A stretch of 32,000 nucleotides of DNA from Candidatus Nanogingivalaceae bacterium (GTDB lineage Bacteria > Patescibacteriota > Saccharimonadia > Saccharimonadales > Saccharimonadaceae), in assembly GCA_015257795.3 (NCBI GenBank), contig CP072208.2:390001-422000 (forward strand). The letters are read 5' to 3'. The stretch's first letter is position 1; each line of letters begins with the position of its first letter. The notes beneath the pieces are model-generated. The model was not told the origin of the DNA and did not search any database. It saw nothing but the letters and a program-made list of their open reading frames with translations. The position numbers and the translations under genes are program-made. This document shows positions 6,371 to 15,943 of the stretch, piece by piece.

Positions 6371-8899
6371 TTATATTTTCATTAAGAAATCTTCTACTTG
6401 CTGTTTATCTCGTTCGATTAACTCAATTCGCCCAGAAATTTCACGCTCACCCATTTCAATTGCTCGCGTCAAACTTGGGTCATTTTTTAATGGTTCGAAG
6501 AAATCTTTAAACTCTTGTAATTCTTCTCGTGTTCTTAAAATTACACCGGAATATCGTGGAAAATCATTATAGCTTTTATCTCCATCAAATTTTTGCGTAA
6601 TAGCATCCCAATTATTTCGAAGCCAAGTCCACGCAAGTTTTCGAATTTTCGTGTTTCGAAGTAAATGAACGTACCAACTCAAAACATCTTGCGAACGAAT
6701 TACATCATCTTCAAGCATCTTTTCGAGTAATTTTTTACCCGTTTTAAGATTTTTAGTTGCGGTTAAAGCAATCATAAGATCGTCACGATAATCTACATTT
6801 GTTGTGTTTTGATATTCTTCAATAAGCTTTTCAATCAATTCTGGAGTTTCATCAAATCTTATTTTTGCCGTTAAAATTAAACTTCGAATTTCAGAATCAA
6901 TATCTTCCATATTTTGAGCTTTCGCAAAGATTTCTAACGCACCGTCAATTGCCTCTTTGTTTTCTGCATAAATCATATGCGCAAGAATTGAACTACGATT
7001 CTGCGTATCTTCCTCATCTTCACCGGTCTTTTTGAAGAAACCAAGTCGCTTAAATTCTGATTCTGCCAAACCACCAACAAAATTCTTCATTTTTTGGGAA
7101 CTTTCAGAACCTTCGTCTACAAAAATTTTCAATTCGCCAATCAAGATACTGATCATATCCCAAACATTTAGAGAAGTTTCATTTTTATAGTATTGCAGAG
7201 TTTTCAATAAATCGACACTAGAAATTTCGCCACCCCTTGAAAGCAACGATCGTTCCTGCAAGATCTGTAATCGCGAAACCGTATCTAGCTCACCATTTTG
7301 CACTTTTTCTAAAAGTTTTTCGAAAAGTTCACCTTCGTAATTACTAATAAAATGCGCAACGTTACCTTTATTGAGCTGAACAAAATCACCCGTTTTTTGA
7401 CAAGCTAACTCTTTTTGATTCATCACTTCTGGTAGATTAGGTTGATTTGAACGCAATAAAATTGGCCAAATTCGGTTAGTGTCTTTTCCTTTGCCTATGA
7501 AAAATTGCTTTTGCGAAAGCTCCAGATTATCACCGCTATTTTTTACCAAAACACTTGGATAGCCACTCTGAAGAAGCCATGGATTCATAAAATCCGCGAC
7601 ATTTTTTCCAGATGCTTCACTTAAACATCGCCACAAGTCTTCACCTACCGTATTTTTATATTTAAAACGTTCAAAATATTCACGCAAACCTTTTCTAAAA
7701 GCTTCATCACCAATATATTCTCGAAGCATATTCATTAATCTTGCGCCTTTTGCATACACAATCGCACCATCAAAAATCGTACCGATTTCATCTGGATGAT
7801 GAACAGGAACGTGAACCGATTGAACTCCGTCAATTGCATCGCGGCGTAAGCTCAAAATAGCTTCATTCACCGCAAATTCTTCCCAAATTTTCCATTCAGG
7901 CTCTAATACGTCTGTTGCAAAATATTCCATCATCGTTGCAAATGACTCATTTAGCCACAGCTCATCCCACCACTTCATTGTAACGAGGTTTCCGAACCAC
8001 TGATGCGAAGTTTCATGAGCGATAACCAATGCTACATATTTTTTAGAAGAAATTGAAGATTTTTCATCCGCCAAAAGAGCAGTTTCGCGATAAGTTATCA
8101 AGCCCCAGTTTTCCATTGCACCGCTAGAAAAATCCGGCAAGGCAACGTGATCACATTTTGGAAGCGGAAACTTTTGATCGAAGAAATCTTCATAAAACTC
8201 CAAAACTCTTACGGCAAAATCTAGTGGAAACTTGAGCAGGCTAGATTTTTGAGCTTTAGTCGCCAAAACTGAAACTTCAGTCCCGTTTTTTGTTTTTTTC
8301 GAAACTCTTTGAAGATCACCTAAAACAAATGCTAAAAGATAGGTTGACATTCGTGGAGTTTTTTTAAACTTGGTAATTTTGCTATTTTCAAATTTTTCTA
8401 CTTTTTCGGGGTTAGTATTTGACAAAACTTCTATATCTTTTTGCGAAACGATCCCTAATGAAAAAGTTGCTTTAGCTTCAGGCTCATCGATACAAGGAAA
8501 AACCTCTCGCGCATGATGGCTCTCAAATTGGGTTGCAAAAAGCTCCTTTTTAACACCATTTTCCTTATAATAACAAGGGTAGAGACCGTGCATCGCATCC
8601 GTAATTTTACCTGAAAAACAAATTTTAAAACTAATTTCATCATCTTGATTAAAATTAAATTGATCTATTCCTATCTTGATTTCATCTCCATTTTTCGAAA
8701 AGGTAACCTTTTTATCGTCTAAAAAAACGATTTCTTCAATCTTTAAATCTTTTGCATGAAGAAAAATTTCCTTTTCGTTTTTAACTGTCCCAAAAATCTG
8801 TACTTTTCCTGTAAAACTGCGCTTATCCGCTTGAAATAAATCCAATAAAAGCTCATAGTGCTCAGGATTAAAATCATTAATCAATCTTTTAACACTCAT
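6371..8899 (-). CDS. pepN: Aminopeptidase N (M1-family zinc metallopeptidase)
   Basis: GAMENWG exopeptidase motif and HETSHQWFGN...WLNESFA (HEXXH-X18-E). 842 aa. Confidence 0.9.
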   Translation of the reverse strand: MSVKRLINDFNPEHYELLLDLFQADKRSFTGKVQIFGTVKNEKEIFLHAKDLKIEEIVFLDDKKVTFSKNGDEIKIGIDQFNFNQDDEISFKICFSGKITDAMHGLYPCYYKENGVKKELFATQFESHHAREVFPCIDEPEAKATFSLGIVSQKDIEVLSNTNPEKVEKFENSKITKFKKTPRMSTYLLAFVLGDLQRVSKKTKNGTEVSVLATKAQKSSLLKFPLDFAVRVLEFYEDFFDQKFPLPKCDHVALPDFSSGAMENWGLITYRETALLADEKSSISSKKYVALVIAHETSHQWFGNLVTMKWWDELWLNESFATMMEYFATDVLEPEWKIWEEFAVNEAILSLRRDAIDGVQSVHVPVHHPDEIGTIFDGAIVYAKGARLMNMLREYIGDEAFRKGLREYFERFKYKNTVGEDLWRCLSEASGKNVADFMNPWLLQSGYPSVLVKNSGDNLELSQKQFFIGKGKDTNRIWPILLRSNQPNLPEVMNQKELACQKTGDFVQLNKGNVAHFISNYEGELFEKLLEKVQNGELDTVSRLQILQERSLLSRGGEISSVDLLKTLQYYKNETSLNVWDMISILIGELKIFVDEGSESSQKMKNFVGGLAESEFKRLGFFKKTGEDEEDTQNRSSILAHMIYAENKEAIDGALEIFAKAQNMEDIDSEIRSLILTAKIRFDETPELIEKLIEEYQNTTNVDYRDDLMIALTATKNLKTGKKLLEKMLEDDVIRSQDVLSWYVHLLRNTKIRKLAWTWLRNNWDAITQKFDGDKSYNDFPRYSGVILRTREELQEFKDFFEPLKNDPSLTRAIEMGEREISGRIELIERDKQQVEDFLMKI

Positions 8900-10649
8900 C
8901 CAAAATTCTCCTCTTAAAATCCGTTATAATTTCTTCAATCTTAGCACAATCTTCTTTTTTAGCAAATAGCCATTGAGCATAAATTTTTATTTTTGGCTCT
9001 GTTCCGCTTGGACGAATTGTAATCCTATTCTCAGGTTTCATAAATTCGAAACTAACAGCATTGCCACCTTCGAGCATATTAAATCTACTTTTTTCTCCCG
9101 TAGCAACATTGATCTCCGTCAAATTATCAAAATCTTTAATTTTTGTTGCACCAAAAGTTTCTTCACCACTTTTAACTTTTTGCATAATTTCCTGCATTTT
9201 ATTAAACCCATCTGAACCAGAAAATTCAACAGATTCTGTTTTTTCTGTAAAAAAGCCAATTTCTGAATAAATTTCATCTAATTTCTCACCTAGAGTTTTA
9301 TTATTTTTTTGAAGATCCGATGCTAATTCTGAAATAATTAGTCCAATTGTTGCAGCATCTTTATCTCTAGTCTGATCACCAACTAATCCACCAAGGCTTT
9401 CTTCGAATCCAGCGACAAATATTTCACCTTCAGATTCCTTTTGAAGGATTTTTTTGCCGATAAATTTAAAACCAACCATTAAGTCATCATAAATTCTTAT
9501 ACCATATTTTTTAGCCAAAGCATTTAGCGCATCGGTAGTAACAAAACTTTTGCAAATAAACCTTCTATCTTTAAAATATAAATTCTCATATTTGTTTATT
9601 TTGTCATGAATTTTCGAAAACAGATAGTCTGCAGCTAAAATTGCTGTCTGATTTCCTGAAAAACTTCGCACTTCGCCATTTTTCTCAAGACTCATCACAC
9701 AAATCCTGTCTGCATCCGGATCTGTTGTCAATGCAATATTTGCGCACACTTGTCTAAGTTTTTTAATTGCCATTTTATTTGCAGATAGGTTTTCAGGATT
9801 CGGCTTTTTGTCTGGTAATGTTGAAAAATCTCCATCAAAATTCATTTGTTCATCAACCAAAACAATATCTTTAAAGCCGGCAGATTTTAATGTCTGTAAA
9901 AGATTTGTCGAACCAGTACCATGAATTGGCGAAAATACAATCTTAGCGTTTCGATTTTTTCCTACAGAAAGTTTAGTATTTGTGTTTATATATTTTTCAT
10001 CAATCTCTTTACCTAAAATTTGAATTTTGCCGCTTTGCTTCAACTCTTCAAAGTTGCCAATTTTAATATCTTTTATATTTTGTGCAATTTTCATTATGTT
10101 TTCATCATTCGGTGAAGAAACCTGCGCTCCGTCATTCCAATAAACCTTAATTCCGTTATCTTGAGGTGGATTGTGGCTAGCCGATATTACAATTCCGGCT
10201 GAAGCTTTAAGCTCACGAACAGCAAATGATAATTCTGGAGTTGAACGCGGATAATCAAAATAAAAAACTTTAATCTGATTTGCCGCTAAAACTTCAGCGC
10301 ACCTTCGCGAAAGCTTTTTCGATGAGTTTCGAACGTCCCAACCAATAGCAACGCTCAAGTTATGTTCTTTTTTCAACTTTAAATAATCAGCTAGCGCTTG
10401 AGCACTTTCTGAAATAGTAATTAAATTAATTCGGTTTGGTCCAACACCAACTTTTCCTCGCCGCCCTGCAGTTCCGAATTCCAAAACTTTAAAAAAAGAT
10501 TCCTCCAACTCTTCCCATTTTTCATCAATAATTAATTTTTCTATTTCTGTATGAAATTCTTTATATCTTTCATCAAAAAACCAAATTTTAAGATTTTCGA
10601 AAGCTGATTTCGATAAATGATTTTCAGCATTTTTTAGTTCGTTATTCAC
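8889..10649 (-). CDS. Alpha-D-phosphohexomutase (phosphoglucomutase / phosphomannomutase, PgcA-like)
   Basis: Active-site motif SASHNPPQDNG and Mg-binding motif TTDPDADR. GTG start with AAGGAG upstream. The 3' end overlaps the pepN start by 11 nt. Confidence 0.85.
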   Translation of the reverse strand: MNNELKNAENHLSKSAFENLKIWFFDERYKEFHTEIEKLIIDEKWEELEESFFKVLEFGTAGRRGKVGVGPNRINLITISESAQALADYLKLKKEHNLSVAIGWDVRNSSKKLSRRCAEVLAANQIKVFYFDYPRSTPELSFAVRELKASAGIVISASHNPPQDNGIKVYWNDGAQVSSPNDENIMKIAQNIKDIKIGNFEELKQSGKIQILGKEIDEKYINTNTKLSVGKNRNAKIVFSPIHGTGSTNLLQTLKSAGFKDIVLVDEQMNFDGDFSTLPDKKPNPENLSANKMAIKKLRQVCANIALTTDPDADRICVMSLEKNGEVRSFSGNQTAILAADYLFSKIHDKINKYENLYFKDRRFICKSFVTTDALNALAKKYGIRIYDDLMVGFKFIGKKILQKESEGEIFVAGFEESLGGLVGDQTRDKDAATIGLIISELASDLQKNNKTLGEKLDEIYSEIGFFTEKTESVEFSGSDGFNKMQEIMQKVKSGEETFGATKIKDFDNLTEINVATGEKSRFNMLEGGNAVSFEFMKPENRITIRPSGTEPKIKIYAQWLFAKKEDCAKIEEIITDFKRRILDEC

Positions 10650-10700
10650 AATAGCTCCTTTTTACCATTTTATCACTTATCTCGGATAAAATCAAAGTGC

Positions 10701-10729
10701 TTGCGTTTTTGGCTTTTTTGTAGTAAAAT
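10701..10729 (+). promoter_or_regulatory. Leaderless-type promoter for the small membrane protein gene
   Basis: TTGCGT, a 17-nt spacer, TAAAAT, then 7 nt to the ATG at 10737. No Shine-Dalgarno. Confidence 0.5.
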
Positions 10730-10736
10730 ATGCTCG

Positions 10737-11027
10737 ATGAATAAATTTTTAAAGAAAGCTCAGAAAAAAATTTCCGACGACAACACTAGGGGTGCTCAAA
10801 TTGGACTCCTTGAAGAGGTTTTTAATGATATATACCCTAATCGTTGGACAATCTATAAAGTTAACTTCTTTCGCGGAATAGCTTTCGGTTTTGGTAGCGC
10901 GATTGGTGCAACGGTTCTTATTTTTCTTCTCGTATGGCTTCTTAATTTCTTCGTAAATATTCCCGGAGGAATTGGAGATTTTATCCAGGCAATTATACAT
11001 GCAATGCAAAGCCGAAGACAAATTTAA
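10737..11027 (+). CDS. Small membrane protein (96 aa). It resembles what I recall as DUF5665, but this is unverified.
   Basis: ORF track 10701-11027, which uses a TTG start. I moved the start to the ATG at 10737 because the promoter lies inside the longer version. One C-terminal hydrophobic hairpin: FFRGIAFGFGSAIGATVLIFLLVWLLNFF. Confidence 0.6.
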   Translation: MNKFLKKAQKKISDDNTRGAQIGLLEEVFNDIYPNRWTIYKVNFFRGIAFGFGSAIGATVLIFLLVWLLNFFVNIPGGIGDFIQAIIHAMQSRRQI

Positions 11028-11058
11028 AATCACCCTTTGAAAGGGTGATTTATTTTTA
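11028..11058. terminator. Bidirectional terminator (convergent small membrane protein gene and PBP gene)
   Basis: Hairpin ATCACCCTT-tgaa-AGGGTGAT, with T-runs on both strands. Confidence 0.65.
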
Positions 11059-13809
11059 ATTTCCAGAATCGCTAGAACTGCTGTTCGAACTTATCGAAGA
11101 CGGCCCTGTATAACTCTTTGAAATTTTATAACCGCCAGAATCAGAAACTTCAACGGTTATATTCTGGCCAGCTTTACTGAATGTGTAGTCTGTAGATAAA
11201 GTATTTCCAGTTGGGACGGCGGTACTAATAGTAGCACCATCAACTTTCACTACAACAGAACTTATGTCAAAATTACCTTTATTAATATTGACATTTATTC
11301 TATATGTATTCGAATTCGGATGTCTTGAGTAAGAAACACCTGATATGCTTGGTTGGCTATCAGAGCACTTGTGTATATCGTCCTCTTCATTGATGTTATA
11401 TCCATCTGGAACTGTAACCGATTTCTTCTTCGAGATAGGGTCTGTTACTTCAAATACAGTTAACTTAATACGGGTTGAGTCGGGTGTACATTTTGTAGCT
11501 TTCTTTTTCGAAATACTATCAAATTCGACTTCTCTAGATGTTGAACCGGTTTTGTTTTTATCCCACCAAGAAGGACAAATATCAGTTCTTCCATTTATAG
11601 TACAGCTTCTAATACCCGCGGGTTTATCTATCTTATCGCCAGGTTTCCATTTTCCGTTTGCGGCATAAACCTGTTTATGCACGGAACTCATATAGTCATT
11701 CACTACTCGGCGCACAGCACTGTTATCGGAAGACCTTAGAGCTCGTCCATCATGATTACCACTCCAAACACCAGTAGCTACAACAGACGAATAGCTCATC
11801 ATCCACGAATCTTTTGCGGCTCCCTTACCGTTGTCAGTTGTTCCTGTTTTTGAAGCCGTCCAAACCCCTGGAACAACAAATCCATAACTTCGACTCTGAC
11901 CTCCAAAGGTTGTCGTTCGAGCACTAGCATCAGAAAGGATATCCGTCAATTCGTACGCTGCCTGCTGGTCAATAACCTGCTTAGATTCATCTTTCCATTC
12001 ATAAATTTTTTGATTCGAAGAATTTTTAACCTCAGTAAAGTAAGTTAGCTCTTTGTATACACCTCCGCGAGCGATAGAAGCATAAGCATTTGTATGCTCA
12101 TCTTGATGAACCGAACATCCACCACCAATAGCGGCAGAAAGACCAGCATTACTATTCTTACAGTAAGACTTATCGCCAAGTTGCTGTGCAACACTAACAC
12201 CATCGTTAACTCCAACTATCGCTAAAGATTTAACCGCAGCAATATTTAAAGAGTTACCCAAGCTAAATCGTATAGGAACACTTCCATAAAACTGTTTAGA
12301 TGCATTTCTGAGTTGACAAGAACCGTAAGTCCCTGCACAATATTGAGAATCAATATTTTCATCCTTTAGAATAGTACCTGGGGTATAAACTGTATCTTTT
12401 TTATTGAATAAAGCAGCGTAATCAACTACCGGCTTAATACTTGACCCAGGATCTAGAGAAGAAGTCGCAGCATTCGTTTGACCATAACCTTCTTTATTAT
12501 AGTCAACTGATCCAACCTGGGCAATAACTTGTCCAGTAGTAACATCCACTGATGTCATAGCTATATTGTCGGCACCGCTAATATACAGTGTTTTAGAACC
12601 TGCATTAACAGCCGATTCAGCAAGTGATTGAGCTTTAAGATCTACTGTTGTTTTTACGGTAAGACCTCCGGCACCGACAACTTTCACACCAAGCTTTTCT
12701 TCAAGTTTCTTTTTAACTTCCTGTACAAAGTGTGGTGCTTTGATGTTTGCATATTGATCTCTCTCTGGTTTAATAGTCGCCAAAATATCAAAATCCTTAG
12801 CTTCCTTAGCTTCTTTTTCAGTGATAAATCCACAAGAAACCATATCGTTTAATACTTTGTGTTGACGCTCAACTAGACTCTTGTTAAATTCTCTATTGTA
12901 GGGATTGTAAATTGCGGGGTTATTAGGAATAGAAGCCAATAGGGCCGCTTCAGCTAAAGTTAGATCTTTAGAACTTTTTCCGAAGTATGTTCGAGCACCA
13001 GATTCAACTCCGTTTCTTCGTCCACCATAAGGAGACTCATTTAGATAGAGTGACAAAATCTGATCTTTATTATACATTTGTTCAACTTGAACCGCCAAAA
13101 TCATTTCTTTAATTTTTCGCGGTATTCCACTTAAACCACGCTCATTTGACTCGTTCGAAAAATAAACCTGCTTGATTAATTGCTGAGTTAATGTTGAACC
13201 ACCCTGAGTAGCACCACCCTTAAAATTATTAACAAAAGCTCGAACGATAGCCGTCAAATCAACGCCTTTATGTTTATAGAAATCCCTGTCTTCAATAGCG
13301 ACTGTAGCTTTTTTAACATAGTCGGATATCTCAGAATTCTCAACAACTAGCTTATAATCTCCAGAACCTTTATCTTCCCATAAAAGCTCACCGTTACGGT
13401 CGTAATACTTAGAAACAGTCGTCTGAACTCGTTTCGCCAATTCTTCAGGTTTGATCTGATTTAGGTCTTTTGAGACGTAAGCAAAAGCAGCAGCAATAGC
13501 AATTCCGCTAAGAATAATTATTGCGCCTAAAATTTTTAGGCCCATAAACAAACCTTGTTTACTAAACCAATATTTCAAAACTCGTTTTGGATGCAACCTA
13601 TAAAAGAATCTCTTCACTGGATCTTTTGGCAAGCTTGCAAGGTATTCCGCCCTTTCGCGAGCCCTAGAATCTTTTTTCTCTTTCATTCTATGCGCTAAAT
13701 TTGTATATAAACCTAGATTATTCTGCCTTTTGAGTGCACTACCTTTCTTCAAGGATGTACGTTTTTTGGTAGAACTCTTTTCTTTATTAAGCCTATTTCT
13801 TCTATCCAT
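11056..13809 (-). CDS. Class A penicillin-binding protein (GT51 transglycosylase plus transpeptidase) with a C-terminal extension of about 230 aa
   Basis: GT51 motifs EDRDFYKHKGVD, GGSTLTQQL and RKIKE. Transpeptidase motifs SSIKP (SxxK) and SKTGTT (KTG). I moved the start to the ATG at 13809 (MDRRNRL...) because a consensus promoter sits inside the first 13 codons of the track ORF. Confidence 0.85.
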   Translation of the reverse strand: MDRRNRLNKEKSSTKKRTSLKKGSALKRQNNLGLYTNLAHRMKEKKDSRARERAEYLASLPKDPVKRFFYRLHPKRVLKYWFSKQGLFMGLKILGAIIILSGIAIAAAFAYVSKDLNQIKPEELAKRVQTTVSKYYDRNGELLWEDKGSGDYKLVVENSEISDYVKKATVAIEDRDFYKHKGVDLTAIVRAFVNNFKGGATQGGSTLTQQLIKQVYFSNESNERGLSGIPRKIKEMILAVQVEQMYNKDQILSLYLNESPYGGRRNGVESGARTYFGKSSKDLTLAEAALLASIPNNPAIYNPYNREFNKSLVERQHKVLNDMVSCGFITEKEAKEAKDFDILATIKPERDQYANIKAPHFVQEVKKKLEEKLGVKVVGAGGLTVKTTVDLKAQSLAESAVNAGSKTLYISGADNIAMTSVDVTTGQVIAQVGSVDYNKEGYGQTNAATSSLDPGSSIKPVVDYAALFNKKDTVYTPGTILKDENIDSQYCAGTYGSCQLRNASKQFYGSVPIRFSLGNSLNIAAVKSLAIVGVNDGVSVAQQLGDKSYCKNSNAGLSAAIGGGCSVHQDEHTNAYASIARGGVYKELTYFTEVKNSSNQKIYEWKDESKQVIDQQAAYELTDILSDASARTTTFGGQSRSYGFVVPGVWTASKTGTTDNGKGAAKDSWMMSYSSVVATGVWSGNHDGRALRSSDNSAVRRVVNDYMSSVHKQVYAANGKWKPGDKIDKPAGIRSCTINGRTDICPSWWDKNKTGSTSREVEFDSISKKKATKCTPDSTRIKLTVFEVTDPISKKKSVTVPDGYNINEEDDIHKCSDSQPSISGVSYSRHPNSNTYRINVNINKGNFDISSVVVKVDGATISTAVPTGNTLSTDYTFSKAGQNITVEVSDSGGYKISKSYTGPSSISSNSSSSDSGN

Positions 13810-13819
13810 ACTGACTACA

Positions 13820-13848
13820 ATTATACCGCACATGCTTATGCATTTCAA
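13820..13848 (-). promoter_or_regulatory. Promoter of the PBP gene, with a very short leader
   Basis: Minus strand reads TTGAAA, a 17-nt spacer, TATAAT, then 10 nt to the ATG at 13809. No Shine-Dalgarno. Confidence 0.55.
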
Positions 13849-13929
13849 GATGCTTTATAACCCCATTTAGTGGAAAAAAAACACTTTTTATGTTAATATG
13901 TATTATATAATCAAGTAATAGGAGACAAA

Positions 13930-15138
13930 ATGAAATTATCAGAAGAACTAAAATGGCGAGGTTTCTGGAATCAAACCACCTTCAAGGATCCGGAAATTTT
14001 AGACAAAGAAAAACTAACAATTTATCTTGGCGCCGACCCTTCTGCAGACAGTCTTCATATTGGCCACTTAAGCGTTTATATGATGGTTCGTCGCTTTCTT
14101 GATCATGGACATAAGGTAGTTCTCCTTGTTGGTGGTGGAACCGGAATGATTGGCGATATGCGAGACACAGAAGAACGAGATTTGCTATCCGCCGAAAAAG
14201 TTGCAAAAAATACTGAAGCATTAAAAAAACAGGTCTCAAAATTATTTGCAGGACAAGATTTTGAAGTTGTAAATAATGCAGATTGGCTTTCGAAAATTGA
14301 ACTAATACCCTTCCTCCGCGATATAGGAAAAAACTTTAATATGGCTGAACTTATTAGCCGTGATTTCTTCAAAAGTCGAATCAATAATGGTAACGGCCTT
14401 AGCTTTGCCGAATTCACTTACACATTATTACAGGGTTACGATTTTTGGTACCTTCACAAGAATAAAGGTGTTTCTCTTCAAGTTGGCGGAAGTGACCAAT
14501 GGGGAAATCTTCTATCTGGAGTGAACCTGATTAGAAAAAAAGAAGGAGACGAAGTCTTTGCAATGACTGCTCCTCTCTTAATCAATCGTTCAACAGGGCG
14601 AAAATTTGGAAAATCAGAAGGAGGAGCACTCTGGTTGGATTCTTCGAAAACTTCTCCTTTTAAGCTATATCAGTTTTTACTAAATTCTGATGACCAAAGT
14701 GTTTTCGAATATCTTAAAATCCTCACCACTCTAACAAAGGAAGAGATCGAATCAATTGAACAGGACCATCTCAACAACCCCCATCTACGGATTGCTCAAA
14801 AGGCTTTGGCACAAAATGTCGTTGAGATTGTTCATGGTAAAGATAATACAAAAAATGTCATATCCGCAACGGAAGTTCTTTTCGGTGGAAAAGAATTTAA
14901 TTCGTTAACTTCAGAAGAAATAAACGTCCTTAAAAATGAATTACCTTCAGCTACTAAAGACCAAGCTATTACAGATATATTAGTAAATTCAGAAACAACG
15001 AAAAGTAAGGGTGAAGCAAAGAGACTTATTTCGGGAAACGCTATTTCATTTAATGGCGAAAAAATCCATGAAGATATTGATATTAATCAAAGTGGAATAG
15101 TCAAAAAAGGTAAAAACAACTTTATATTAGTTCTGTAA
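13930..15138 (+). CDS. tyrS: Tyrosine--tRNA ligase
   Basis: HIGH motif (SLHIGHL), KMSKS-like motif (KFGKSEG) and a C-terminal S4-like domain. AGGAG lies upstream. Confidence 0.92.
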   Translation: MKLSEELKWRGFWNQTTFKDPEILDKEKLTIYLGADPSADSLHIGHLSVYMMVRRFLDHGHKVVLLVGGGTGMIGDMRDTEERDLLSAEKVAKNTEALKKQVSKLFAGQDFEVVNNADWLSKIELIPFLRDIGKNFNMAELISRDFFKSRINNGNGLSFAEFTYTLLQGYDFWYLHKNKGVSLQVGGSDQWGNLLSGVNLIRKKEGDEVFAMTAPLLINRSTGRKFGKSEGGALWLDSSKTSPFKLYQFLLNSDDQSVFEYLKILTTLTKEEIESIEQDHLNNPHLRIAQKALAQNVVEIVHGKDNTKNVISATEVLFGGKEFNSLTSEEINVLKNELPSATKDQAITDILVNSETTKSKGEAKRLISGNAISFNGEKIHEDIDINQSGIVKKGKNNFILVL

Positions 15139-15144
15139 CATAAT

Positions 15145-15177
15145 AAAAAAGACGGTAATCTCAACCGTCTTTTTTTG
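15145..15177. terminator. Bidirectional terminator (convergent tyrS and YtxH gene)
   Basis: Hairpin AAGACGG-taatctcaa-CCGTCTT, flanked by an A-run and a T-run. Confidence 0.65.
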
Positions 15178-15192
15178 ATTATGTTTTTTCTA

Positions 15193-15531
15193 TTAAACTT
15201 TCTTTTCGAAACCTTTTTTTGCACCGTCAATCGTGTTTAAAGCTCTTTTTTGAATTTTAGCAGCTTCTTTTTTAACATTTTCAGCAGTCTCATCAGCCTT
15301 CTGCTTGGTAGTTTCCGCAAATTCACCAACTTTTTCTTTAGTGTCTTCAACAAAATCACCAGCATCTGAAGCAACTTTTGCAGTTTTTTCTGTCGCAATA
15401 TCAGCCACTTTTTTAGCCTTTGTTTTTAAATCTTTTCGAGTTTCTTCACCGCTTTTTGGGGCTGATAAAATTCCTGCAACAGCACCAACCATAGCGCCGA
15501 TAGCCAATCCTAATCCAAATTTTTTACTCAT
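15193..15531 (-). CDS. YtxH-domain protein (112 aa)
   Basis: N-terminal GLGLAIGAMVGAVAGILSAPKSGEETRKDLK followed by a Lys/Glu-rich helical tail. AAGGAG lies upstream. The start directly abuts the stop of the upstream gene (TAAATG). Confidence 0.75.
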   Translation of the reverse strand: MSKKFGLGLAIGAMVGAVAGILSAPKSGEETRKDLKTKAKKVADIATEKTAKVASDAGDFVEDTKEKVGEFAETTKQKADETAENVKKEAAKIQKRALNTIDGAKKGFEKKV

Positions 15532-15789
15532 TTATTTTTCTCCTTTTTTAAATTTAAATTTATTAAACATATCTAATACTATTTTTCCGATAATTATTGG
15601 CGATGTTACTTGAGCAACATTTTGCGCAATACTATCTATACTTGATGTAATATTTTGCATTTTTTCTGTAACATCGCCAATTTGACGAGTCACTCGAATA
15701 ACTAATATAAAAGTAATTATTCCTAGTGTAATAAAAATTGCAAGCGCTACAGATAAAAATACAACCAAGATTTCTGCGGCAGAGCTCAT
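15532..15789 (-). CDS. DUF948-like single-TM protein (85 aa)
   Basis: One N-terminal TM segment followed by a helical region. As I recall, this type of protein commonly pairs with a YtxH gene. Confidence 0.6.
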   Translation of the reverse strand: MSSAAEILVVFLSVALAIFITLGIITFILVIRVTRQIGDVTEKMQNITSSIDSIAQNVAQVTSPIIIGKIVLDMFNKFKFKKGEK

Positions 15790-15852
15790 TATTCTCCTTT
15801 ATCGTTTTTTAATTTTATTATTTTTATTTTGATTTTTTACAAATCTGGTAGT

Positions 15853-15881
15853 ATTGTACCACAAAATAATTCTTATGTCAA
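15853..15881 (-). promoter_or_regulatory. Promoter of the DUF948-YtxH pair
   Basis: Minus strand reads TTGACA (15881-15876), a 17-nt spacer, then TACAAT (15858-15853). Confidence 0.55.
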
Positions 15882-15890
15882 TAGTTTTTT

Positions 15891-15932
15891 CTAAAAAATA
15901 ATAACTACCCCTTAAAATAAAGTGTAGTTATT
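15891..15932 (-). terminator. Terminator after gatB
   Basis: Hairpin AATAACTAC...GTAGTTATT, followed by a U-run on the minus strand. Confidence 0.5.
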
Positions 15933-15943
15933 ATTTAGAATTA

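Noticed and set aside
10749-11033. Minus-strand ORF of 94 aa overlapping the small membrane protein gene
   Set aside because: The plus-strand gene has a consensus promoter, a clear TM hairpin and a terminator. The minus-strand ORF has none of these.
13849-13929. Possible T-box riboswitch upstream of tyrS
   Set aside because: Only about 80 nt are available between the PBP promoter and the tyrS start. A T-box leader needs roughly 200 nt or more, and I saw no specifier, T-box sequence or antiterminator structure.
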